DNA of 40,376 nucleotides from Clostridiales bacterium (GTDB lineage: Bacteria; Bacillota; Clostridia; Christensenellales; UBA3700): positions 94,388 through 134,763 of the forward strand of contig JAAVHQ010000025.1 in the NCBI GenBank assembly GCA_014799645.1. The letters are read 5' to 3'. Positions 34,201 through 40,376 of the stretch are shown piece by piece. The notes under the pieces are model-generated. The model was not told the DNA's origin and made no database searches. It was given only the letters and a program-made list of their open reading frames with translations. Positions within the stretch are counted from its first letter, which is position 1. Every line of letters begins with the position of its first letter. The position numbers and the translations under genes were made by a program.

Positions 34201-36815
34201 ACACTATTGGCAAGAGTCTTTACTCCTGTCTCTGTGAGTTCTGTCACTGTACGATAAAACGTCTTTTCTACGTTGCCTTCGTACAACTTCCAAAGTATAT
34301 TCGTCCTCTGTCCTGCCGGTAATACTGTCAACGTCGCAGCATTTTTCAATGATATAGTATAGTTGCTATCGCTCGTCTTTACGTCCAAAGTATAACTGCC
34401 TTCAAAGAAACTGCCTAGATTTATTATCTGCTGATTTTCTACTTTATAATTATTACTTTGCAAAGTTGACGCGTCTAACTCTATCGCCGAACTTACCGTT
34501 ATATCCGTGCCAGAGTAAGGTATAAAGATTGTTATCGGAACTTTATCGCTTCCCAACGGCGCGCCGTTGACGTCGACGTATATATCCGCAGACGTACTTG
34601 TCGCGCCTTCGGCTATGCTGAAATTACTGTTAGTTCCTCCGCTGACTGCCAACCGCTCTATTACCAACTCTGCGGGCGTGACTATCACTTTTAGTTCAGA
34701 CGTAGACGCAAATCGGTAATTGATTGCGTGCGTAGACTTGATTGAAGCGACCAACTCGTACGTCCCGGCACTCTGCGCGCTGACGCTATACGGCAGTGTC
34801 GTCTTATTTATCGATACTCCGCTGCTATAATAATTATCTTCCCAATTCAAATCCATTATATTTGGGTCGAAGTTATTTAACTGAAACCTTACGTCGTTTC
34901 CGCCATTGTACGGTTTGCTATTGCTACTTATTGACGGATACGTCAGGACTATCTGCTTTATCTCAAAGTCTATGGTTCGTACGGTATCGCTATCTCCAGT
35001 CGTATCTCCCCAAGCATATTCGTTTGGTTTCAATAAAGTAAGTCGAATCGTATAATTGCCTGCGTTTGTAGGTGTAACGCTTTGCGTTCCCACTAAATAT
35101 TCTACTTTTACAATGCTTGAATCGGCATATACTGAATTATACCAGTCAAGACTCGTTTTGAGCGTTTCCAAAGTTTGTGCTGAGCCATTATAGTCTACTG
35201 AAATATCGGCTACAGAAAGCGCTCCGTTGACAGTGTAACTTCCCGTGATACTCTCTGCGCAATATCCGCCCCTTGCTGCTCCGTCAGTAAACAAAACTGT
35301 TATGCTATAATCGCTTGCGTTTACTCCGTTCAAATTCGCAGTAGCAACACCGTTATTAAACGTCGCCGTTGCTTGATACGATACCGCTCCGTTGCCAGAC
35401 TTGTCCGCAAGTAAAATTATTGCGCTACCGCTCTGTCCCGATTTTGTGACACTTACGCTATTGTTGGTAACCGATATACTCGGTCTACCAGATGATGATT
35501 GGTTGTAATTCACGTAGTCTGACGACTTCATATATAACTTATATGCAGGCGTGGAGTCCGCAGCCGTAGTCACCGAAATAAAATTTGCTCCGTTTGAAGA
35601 AAGATCCGCAGCCGTTGCGTAAATAATATTCGCATTTGTTGGTGAAAAGTTAAAAGCCGGACGCACACCGTATGCATTGTTGACAAAATTGAAACCCACG
35701 TAGCCGGGGGAAGAGACGACCATCGCATAAGAATTGCTTGTACTACGATTGCGCCCCGCCGGACGAAGCAAATAAGTGGTAGCCGCACCTGAGAAGAGGT
35801 CATTTCCTATAATGTAACCGGTCGAGCGATAAGAAGTTCCTTCATAATAACTTGGATAACCGCTAGAACCTGTCTGAGTAGTTGTAGTATTCGTCCACGA
35901 AGAAAGTGTGGATGCATTATTCACTACTTGTTGCGCGTATGTCACGCCACTATCTCCCATACCGTAAGCAGTATTGTTGAGGTCGTAATAGTCGATTAGG
36001 AATAAATAATCACCCACAGTTGTCTCTGTTACGCTATTGCTGTTGCTGGAGATTTTTTCGTCATTGTTCTTCGCGTACACATGTCCGTTCATTGTAGATA
36101 CAATAGAGGTATTATACTTCGAAGCAGCGTTTCCGCTTGTTGTGATACCTGTTGTTTGAAATTGCGGATTGTAATTATCTGAGTATGCAAAATCGCTTGT
36201 CGTATAAGCCGTCGCTTGCAAAATAGCACCCCTCTCGTTGGTATTGAACCAAGTCTCTAAATAAGGTTTGTCAGTCTCGCTAGCGTCATCCAACTTTATT
36301 TGTTGATTAAGGGCAGCGACGGCATTTTCCGAAGTAACTGCAGCAAGATAATACCCGCCGTTGAGTTTCGCTCTTATATAACTAGAAGACCAGTACGCAT
36401 ACGTCTGAGAATATACGTTGTTTACGTAATAATTTTTGTTATAAGCAAGCGTGGTAATCGAAGAGTCCGCCCATACAAGCCAAGATTTTTCCGATGCCGT
36501 AGCGGTTGAATCATTGTTTTTGGAATTATATTTATAGTCGTCAACAGAGAGTATTCTCCACTTTAATGCTTGTCCCGAATCGCTTCCCAAATATATACTC
36601 TGTTTCTGTCCACTCTCAATTACGTTCGAGAAATAATCTTGCTCTCCCCCCTTTGCATTAAGATTAAGCACTGACGGCGCGCCATAAGTAAGCGTCGACG
36701 ATTCTACATTTTTATTTGGTACAAATATAGTCATTGCGCTTGCCATAATCATACACACAATAATCAATATTGACAGCGCAACGTACCCCTTTAATTTTCG
36801 TTTTCGTATATCCAT
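31296..36815 (-). CDS. giant (1839-aa) surface protein: signal/anchor, DUF6273-like head, MBG/YDG-like repeats, membrane segment(s), long charged coiled-coil C-terminal region
   Basis: One 5.5-kb ORF with RBS GAGGTG 4 nt upstream of the ATG.
- Signal/anchor: YVALSILIIVCMIMASA.
- Head, aa ~70-395: ALKWRILSV...YWSSSYIRAKLNG...YLFLIDYYDL...YLLRPAG...YGVRPAFNF (DUF6273-like pattern, from memory).
- Repeats with YNG/YSG motifs: DYNGSAQTL, KPYNGGNDV, LTYNGNAQPVEI.
- Hydrophobic segments at aa 1353-1375 and 1393-1426.
- Then an E/K-rich tail of about 410 aa. Confidence 0.9.
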   Translation of the reverse strand: MDIRKRKLKGYVALSILIIVCMIMASAMTIFVPNKNVESSTLTYGAPSVLNLNAKGGEQDYFSNVIESGQKQSIYLGSDSGQALKWRILSVDDYKYNSKNNDSTATASEKSWLVWADSSITTLAYNKNYYVNNVYSQTYAYWSSSYIRAKLNGGYYLAAVTSENAVAALNQQIKLDDASETDKPYLETWFNTNERGAILQATAYTTSDFAYSDNYNPQFQTTGITTSGNAASKYNTSIVSTMNGHVYAKNNDEKISSNSNSVTETTVGDYLFLIDYYDLNNTAYGMGDSGVTYAQQVVNNASTLSSWTNTTTTQTGSSGYPSYYEGTSYRSTGYIIGNDLFSGAATTYLLRPAGRNRSTSNSYAMVVSSPGYVGFNFVNNAYGVRPAFNFSPTNANIIYATAADLSSNGANFISVTTAADSTPAYKLYMKSSDYVNYNQSSSGRPSISVTNNSVSVTKSGQSGSAIILLADKSGNGAVSYQATATFNNGVATANLNGVNASDYSITVLFTDGAARGGYCAESITGSYTVNGALSVADISVDYNGSAQTLETLKTSLDWYNSVYADSSIVKVEYLVGTQSVTPTNAGNYTIRLTLLKPNEYAWGDTTGDSDTVRTIDFEIKQIVLTYPSISSNSKPYNGGNDVRFQLNNFDPNIMDLNWEDNYYSSGVSINKTTLPYSVSAQSAGTYELVASIKSTHAINYRFASTSELKVIVTPAELVIERLAVSGGTNSNFSIAEGATSTSADIYVDVNGAPLGSDKVPITIFIPYSGTDITVSSAIELDASTLQSNNYKVENQQIINLGSFFEGSYTLDVKTSDSNYTISLKNAATLTVLPAGQRTNILWKLYEGNVEKTFYRTVTELTETGVKTLANSVVYSGEQFAFQVDLPNGYTLDTNYGSNGYLVEKISGDGNVLGKDAGTYKTSIKLGNDIYSIEWTIDKTKFNLTNVKWQYPDGMLPYTVGGISAVLDESKLPEGLIARYTYETIKGTYVGQTGSEEVYFELASGYDINYYKPVQGDADSYEGTFDEWTLDWEVVKAVINANWTTEKRTDDNGVEYTARVLNMSGYPSNIITYRYYEVNSASEITETTPYITKIEIEENKVKTYVAQAVFTSDNGDKYELSGSEYSIAFGVGTYAEELQISINKELTYNGNAQPVEIIFDKGSASADIFEITYYDKNGTTPLASAPTNVGDYRVEIKIKDSVSGYYLAGDNVESDVAIIEYSIAQMQIDSSKWNTSHNPPSLGVTAKEMQGIKHEYADMDDNPLQFSDLKAGNSYKVRAVITDKNNYVFADGTTETEWQEFTVSANEQIYDPDDPNNPFYPGEDGTDPSNPNGNGDNEGGNFNFDKITEALKQWWQVIASAISIILIVAFMAKGLGYASKKKENKRVMDSKYSAYAVGLFGITMTNWTIIACILMGVAVLAFIFMLLEKSGYKKSLRALEDAKDEYAKNQKEAENKQMQMMLMGMMGGNANGQGFAYQQGVSADEMRLMLNDAMSAMLPSVTQYLPQEASSNEDIMRKLEEQNEENEKRIKQLNEENEDRIKQLTESNEKAIEKLVEKLSKQQEVEKQAEREVASTNANDEVIKSLLEGQKAIMEKLSRQDEDKQLVKLVEKDSKDEKIEMLMRNQEMLMRQIMEMSGRNNDKQVVMPYMPQPTLVQQPAEKIIIEKPVEKIVEKEVRVEVPVEKIVEVEKVVPMPIEKPAPKAKAPARRLTLDEAYAKLSDKQKKIFDTLKAYAMSKDKCKEKKSTYFIVLGQSTVNPLVKLTIKKNTTVALFKMEDEYFKDIRRNAGSDGTKVKVKESEVVVNDAQALATAKNMVDLREDQIERYNEYLREQRAMKRK

Positions 36816-36848
36816 TTTACACCTCGATTTTACCCGATTTTTGGTCTA

Positions 36849-36874
36849 GTCAGGAAAAGTATACATTTCCTGAC
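36849..36874. repeat. 26-bp palindromic recombinase-type site (site 1): 12-bp inverted half-sites around a central AT
   Basis: GTCAGGAAAAGT AT ACATTTCCTGAC, with half-sites 11/12 symmetric. The palindrome extends to 30 bp with flanking TA (36847..36876). It lies 33 nt upstream of the ATG of the 1839-aa gene. Confidence 0.7.
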
Positions 36875-36883
36875 TAAAAGCAC

Positions 36884-36912
36884 TTGAATAAAAAATTATG
36901 ATATGTTATGAT
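36884..36912 (+). promoter_or_regulatory. promoter inside the repeat-flanked 89-bp segment, currently pointing towards the recombinase gene
   Basis: TTGAAT (36884..36889), 17 nt, TATGAT (36907..36912). The -10 lies in a tandem TTATGATAT duplication (36896..36915). Confidence 0.55.
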
Positions 36913-36963
36913 ATACATGTCTAATTATCACGAATTTTGACTTTTGAGTGTTGAAATTCTTCG

Positions 36964-36989
36964 GTCAGGAAATGTATACTTTATTTGGA
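36964..36989. repeat. site 2: inverted copy of site 1 (perfect over 19 nt) with a degenerate outer half-site
   Basis: 36964..36982 GTCAGGAAATGTATACTTT is the exact reverse complement of 36856..36874. The outer half ACTTTATTTGGA matches the half-site in only 7/12 positions. Confidence 0.7.
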
Positions 36990-37124
36990 ATTTTTTGACA
37001 TATTTTGAATTTTATCTACTGTTTTCGACATTTTTTGCAAAATTTACATCACTCTCCGCACTCGACAAAGATATTATAAAAAATACGTTGTTTTTATGCG
37101 CGCATTTTTGGACATAATACCTTT

Positions 37125-37742
37125 ATGAACGTTTACGGATATGCAAGAGTATCGTCGTCAGACCAAAATCTTGGAAGACAAATTAAAGAACTGACTAATT
37201 TCGGTATTCCCGAAAAGAAAATATTTTGTGAAAAGAAAAGCGGTAAGGATTTTGAGAGAAAAGAATATTTGCGACTTATGAAAAAACTTCGCTCGGGCGA
37301 TTTGCTCGTGATCAAGTCAATCGACAGACTCGGTCGCAACTATGAATCTATAATCTCAGAATGGAGCAACATTACTCACAAGATAGGCGCGAATATAGTC
37401 GTGCTTGATATGCCCCTTCTCGACACTCGAGAAAAGGCGGGAACTTTGGTGGGAAAATTTATTGCCGACATAGTATTGCAAGTGCTCTCTTTCGTCGCCG
37501 AAAACGAACGCGCCAATATCCGCGCCCGACAAGCCGAAGGCATCGCCTTGGCAAAGCAATCGGGTACTCGCTTTGGCAGACCGAAGAAGGCTTTCACCGC
37601 GGAATTCATTCAAGTCGCAGAGGATTATATCCACAAGCGAATTTCTTTGCCAGAGGCATTGGATTTACTTAATATGAAGCAGTCTACTTTCTTTTACCAT
37701 TTTGGTTCGTACAACTGCTTTAAGGATGAAAATATTGAATAA
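37125..37742 (+). CDS. small serine recombinase (resolvase/DNA-invertase family)
   Basis: 205 aa. Catalytic motif VYGYARVSSSDQNLGRQ (nucleophile Ser10), then DLLVIKSIDRLGRN. The C-terminus has the GRPKK arm plus an HTH (ISLPEALDLLNMKQSTFFYH). No transposase or phage genes are adjacent. Confidence 0.9.
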   Translation: MNVYGYARVSSSDQNLGRQIKELTNFGIPEKKIFCEKKSGKDFERKEYLRLMKKLRSGDLLVIKSIDRLGRNYESIISEWSNITHKIGANIVVLDMPLLDTREKAGTLVGKFIADIVLQVLSFVAENERANIRARQAEGIALAKQSGTRFGRPKKAFTAEFIQVAEDYIHKRISLPEALDLLNMKQSTFFYHFGSYNCFKDENIE

Positions 37743-37763
37743 AATTAATCTGACTAAAACAAT

Positions 37764-38438
37764 TTACTTCTCTACTCGCCAATCGATTGGCTGACGTCCG
37801 TTTTTCTCCAAAAATGCGTTGGCTTTGGAAAAATGCTTGCATTCCAAAAAGCCGTTGTAGAAAGAAAGCGGACTGGGGTGCACGCTTTTGAGTACCAAAT
37901 GGCGCGACGTGTCAATGAGTTTTTCTTTGGCTTTGGCGGGATTGCCCCAAAGCATAAAGACCGTCGGATACGGGCTGTCGCTTATCATTTTGATTACCGC
38001 GTCGGTAAATCTTTCCCAGCCTATACCCGCGTGACTTTGCGGTCTTCCCTCTCTTACCGTGAGCACGGTGTTGAGAAGCAATACCCCTTCGTTCGCCCAA
38101 TTCGTAAGATTACCGCTATTGCTGATAGGAATCCCCAAGTCGTATTCAAGCGCCTTATATATATTGATAAGGGACGGCGGACATTTTACTCCGTCTTTCA
38201 CGGAAAAGCACATACCGTGCGCCTGACCGTAGCCGTGGTATGGGTCTTGACCCAAAATTACGACTTTGACGTTTTCGTACGGAGTATGCTCGAAAGCCGA
38301 CAGTATTTCTTTCATAGGCGGATAGATGCGATAATTGCTGTACTCTTCACGCAAAAATTTGCGTATATCCTCAAAATAGTCTTGCGAAAACTCGCTTTCC
38401 AAAATATTGTCCCAACTATTGCCCAAATGCGACGACAT
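37764..38438 (-). CDS. ung: uracil-DNA glycosylase (family 1)
   Basis: 224 aa. Water-activating loop GQDPYHG, LLLNTVLTV, and the HPSPLS leucine-loop motif. RBS GGAGGG. Confidence 0.95.
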   Translation of the reverse strand: MSSHLGNSWDNILESEFSQDYFEDIRKFLREEYSNYRIYPPMKEILSAFEHTPYENVKVVILGQDPYHGYGQAHGMCFSVKDGVKCPPSLINIYKALEYDLGIPISNSGNLTNWANEGVLLLNTVLTVREGRPQSHAGIGWERFTDAVIKMISDSPYPTVFMLWGNPAKAKEKLIDTSRHLVLKSVHPSPLSFYNGFLECKHFSKANAFLEKNGRQPIDWRVEK

Positions 38439-38464
38439 ACGAATTCCCTCCGTAATTTTTATTT

Positions 38465-38494
38465 ATTTTAACATAATTCGCTAATATCTGTCAA
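38465..38494 (-). promoter_or_regulatory. promoter of ung
   Basis: Minus strand TTGACA (38494..38489), 18 nt, TAAAAT (38470..38465). Confidence 0.5.
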
Positions 38495-38499
38495 CGTGG

Positions 38500-38528
38500 T
38501 TGAATTTTTTGAGAAACCGTAGTATAAT
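38500..38528 (+). promoter_or_regulatory. promoter of the PHP phosphatase gene
   Basis: TTGAAT (38500..38505), 17 nt, TATAAT (38523..38528). It sits back-to-back with the ung promoter. Confidence 0.55.
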
Positions 38529-38545
38529 ATTTTAGAGAGGATTTT

Positions 38546-39349
38546 ATGATAGATACGCACACACATTGCCACCATTCGCACGACAGCAAGCAAAGTCCGC
38601 GCGATATGATAGAAAAAGCGATTGCGCTGAATATGGAATATTTGGCTATTACTGACCATTACGACGCGGAACTTACCTTATTGCCCGAATTCGACTATAT
38701 ACCTCAAATAGACTTAGAGCGACATTTTGCCGAACTCGCCTCTCTCAAAGAAGAGTATAAGGACAAAATTCAACTCGGCGTGGGCATAGAATGCGGATAT
38801 ATGAAAGAGGCGAACCCGCTCTATCTCGACAATCTCGCAAAATACGACTTCGACTTGACAATCAATTCCATTCACACGATTGAGTACGAAGACTGCTATA
38901 TGAAATCCTATTTTGACAAACGAAGTAAATTCGAGGCATACAACGCCTATCTCAAAGCGGTACGCGAAAGCCTTGACTGCCCTTATCATTACGACGTGAT
39001 AGGACATATAGGCTACGTCGCAAGAAAAGCCACCTATCCCGACCCTATGCTTTACTATCAAGACCACAAAGATTTGTTGGACGATATTCTCTTGACTATA
39101 ATCGATAAAGGCAAGGCTTTGGAAATCAACACCAACAGCAAAGGCACGGGACTTGACTTTTTGCCGTCAAAGGAAATCGTCGAGAGATACAGGACGCTCG
39201 GCGGCGAATTACTCACTTTCGGCTCGGACGCGCACGCAATCGAGCGCATTGCCGACAAATATCCGCTCGTCGTCGATTACTTGAAATCGATAGGCTTTGA
39301 GTATATTTTCAAATATATATCGCATAAACCAATCGCAGTTAAATTATAA
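38546..39349 (+). CDS. HisJ-family PHP-domain phosphatase (histidinol-phosphatase-like)
   Basis: 267 aa. MIDTHTHCHHSHDS...LAITDHYD metal-binding PHP signature, with the C-terminal GSDAH motif. RBS AGAGAGG. Confidence 0.8.
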   Translation: MIDTHTHCHHSHDSKQSPRDMIEKAIALNMEYLAITDHYDAELTLLPEFDYIPQIDLERHFAELASLKEEYKDKIQLGVGIECGYMKEANPLYLDNLAKYDFDLTINSIHTIEYEDCYMKSYFDKRSKFEAYNAYLKAVRESLDCPYHYDVIGHIGYVARKATYPDPMLYYQDHKDLLDDILLTIIDKGKALEINTNSKGTGLDFLPSKEIVERYRTLGGELLTFGSDAHAIERIADKYPLVVDYLKSIGFEYIFKYISHKPIAVKL

Positions 39350-39354
39350 CAAAC

Positions 39355-39380
39355 AAGGACGGGGCAATTACCCCGTCCTT
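39355..39380 (+). terminator. probable terminator after the PHP phosphatase gene
   Basis: GC-rich 10-bp stem AAGGACGGGG / CCCCGTCCTT with a 6-nt loop, 6 nt after the stop. The trailing tract ATTCAATATAAT is only weakly U-rich. Confidence 0.5.
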
Positions 39381-39419
39381 ATTCAATATAATAAAACTAT
39401 GAAGAACGCGTCAGTTTAA

Positions 39420-39449
39420 TTGACATTTTGCTCAAACGTCTATTATAAT
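39420..39449 (+). promoter_or_regulatory. promoter of the TetR regulator gene
   Basis: TTGACA (39420..39425), 18 nt, TATAAT (39444..39449). Confidence 0.5.
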
Positions 39450-39573
39450 TATATCAACAATATGTCGGAAAATCAACAATCAGTATTTTTGAAATTGTGT
39501 TGTTGGAATTACGCTACACTTGATTTGTTATCAAACCGACAAAAATATTGAAAGTGTAGTTGAAAAGATAAGT

Positions 39574-40128
39574 ATGCAAGAAACAAGAAGAGTAAGAATG
39601 ACTAAAAAAATGATAAAAGACGCTTATATCGAATTGCTTGAACGCAATCCGTCAAAACGTCTGTCTATCACTGATATTTGCAAAGTCGCGGACATAAACC
39701 GCTCAACTTTCTATATGCACTATGAAGACGTCAACCAACTTGTTACGGAGATTGAAGACGACTTGCTCGACTGCATACCCTATCCGCAAAATATCACCGG
39801 CGCGCTTTCCGAGAGCGAGCAGTATATCGCCTTGCTTGAAAAGACCTTTGATTACATACGCGAAAACAAGAAGTATTTCAGCATTGTCTTCGTGAATTTT
39901 GAAAATACCAATTTCCAAAAGAGAATCGCGCAGACGGTATTAGGCAGATATCAATCTGTTCCGATATCCAACAACACTCTTATGACAAAGTACGGTTTCG
40001 TATTTTGCACGAACGGCGTCGTCGGACTTATCAAGGAATGGATAATCGAAGATTTCCCAATATCCAGTCGAGAATTTGCAAAAATCGTGTTGCAATTCTG
40101 CGTAAAAGCCACTGCGACTTTATCTTAA
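39574..40128 (+). CDS. TetR/AcrR-family transcriptional regulator (DhaS-like N-terminus)
   Basis: HTH region ITDICKVADINRSTFYMHYEDVNQLV. The track ORF starts at a TTG at 39520. The first ATG (MQETRRVRMTKKMIKDAY) at 39574 is the more plausible start, and ATG 39598 is also possible. Confidence 0.75.
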   Translation: MQETRRVRMTKKMIKDAYIELLERNPSKRLSITDICKVADINRSTFYMHYEDVNQLVTEIEDDLLDCIPYPQNITGALSESEQYIALLEKTFDYIRENKKYFSIVFVNFENTNFQKRIAQTVLGRYQSVPISNNTLMTKYGFVFCTNGVVGLIKEWIIEDFPISSREFAKIVLQFCVKATATLS

Positions 40129-40130
40129 TT

Positions 40131-40376
40131 TCACCACTTATTGTGTACTTTTTCGGCAAAGCCTAGTACTTTGTCTAAGACTATTTCTTGTCCGTTGTCA
40201 AGTATGCACTTACCCGAAATATATCCAAATACCTGATGAGGTATCATACACATTATTTTCAAATCGAAAGGCTCGTATCTGTCTAGAATTGGCGTGAACG
40301 TACAAGCCAACCTGCCGTCTTGCGAGATGAATTGCCATTCTTTCATGAATTGAGGCTTGCCCTCTTTGTCCCCGGG
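40131..40376 (-). CDS. DUF2804-like protein, C-terminal fragment (gene continues beyond the right window edge)
   Basis: The frame stays open to the window end (PGDKEGKPQF precedes the track's Met). The C-terminal pattern ...PHQVFGYISGKCILDNGQEIVLDKVLGFAEKVHNKW resembles DUF2804 C-termini. The family call is from memory. Confidence 0.6.
   Translation of the reverse strand, partial: PGDKEGKPQFMKEWQFISQDGRLACTFTPILDRYEPFDLKIMCMIPHQVFGYISGKCILDNGQEIVLDKVLGFAEKVHNKW

Noticed and set aside
36847-36876. The 30-bp palindrome considered as an intrinsic terminator or attenuator in the leader of the 1839-aa gene.
   Set aside because: No U-tract follows the hairpin on either strand. The 12+2+12 half-site geometry, and a second inverted copy next to a recombinase gene, fit a protein-binding or crossover site better.
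37125-37742. The serine recombinase considered as part of a transposon, integrative element or prophage.
   Set aside because: No transposase, large-serine-recombinase extension, phage or conjugation genes and no terminal repeats are visible around it. The flanking genes are a surface protein and ung. It is therefore not called a mobile element.
1-40376. A scan for tRNA, rRNA, CRISPR repeats and long tandem DNA repeats.
   Set aside because: No regularly spaced direct repeats, no tRNA-like GGTTCGAATCC T-arm segments and no rRNA-like sequence were noticed by eye. This is a visual negative, not a computed one.

Overview
This is a 40.4-kb chromosomal window, apparently from a low/mid-GC Gram-positive-type bacterium. 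A Clostridia-like origin is inferred from GGAGG-type RBSs, sigma-A-type promoters and gene content; it is not proven. 21 of 26 protein genes are on the minus strand. Contents from left to right:
1. A surface-glycan biosynthesis operon: truncated rfbB, rfbA, GT2, manC, GT4, a Wzy/O-antigen-ligase-family membrane protein, two GT4s, an SDR epimerase, an unusual phosphoglycosyl-transferase::phosphohexomutase fusion, and a NeuD-type acetyltransferase. Its central part looks lower in GC than its flanks.
2. A 3061-aa membrane-anchored surface protein built from more than 20 degenerate MBG/YDG-like repeats.
3. A heterodimeric ABC exporter pair with one degenerate ATP site.
4. A small accessory islet: a membrane protein, a GC-rich non-coding patch, and an XRE regulator divergent from an 87-aa ORF.
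5. A glycerol catabolism operon in which DUF1667 is fused to glycerol kinase.
6. A second giant (1839-aa) surface protein with a DUF6273-like head, MBG/YDG-like repeats, membrane segment(s) and a charged coiled-coil tail of about 410 aa.
7. Directly upstream of that gene, a 26-bp palindromic recombinase-type site and an inverted 19-bp copy bracket an 89-bp segment. The segment carries the only good promoter of the intergenic region and sits next to a stand-alone small serine recombinase. This is my top candidate: a promoter inverton phase-switching the giant surface protein. In the sequenced state the promoter faces away from that gene, i.e. OFF.
8. Housekeeping genes: ung, a HisJ-type PHP phosphatase, a TetR regulator and a DUF2804 fragment.
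No rRNA, tRNA, CRISPR array, transposase or prophage genes were recognised. All family names come from motif recognition by eye; no database search or computation was run.
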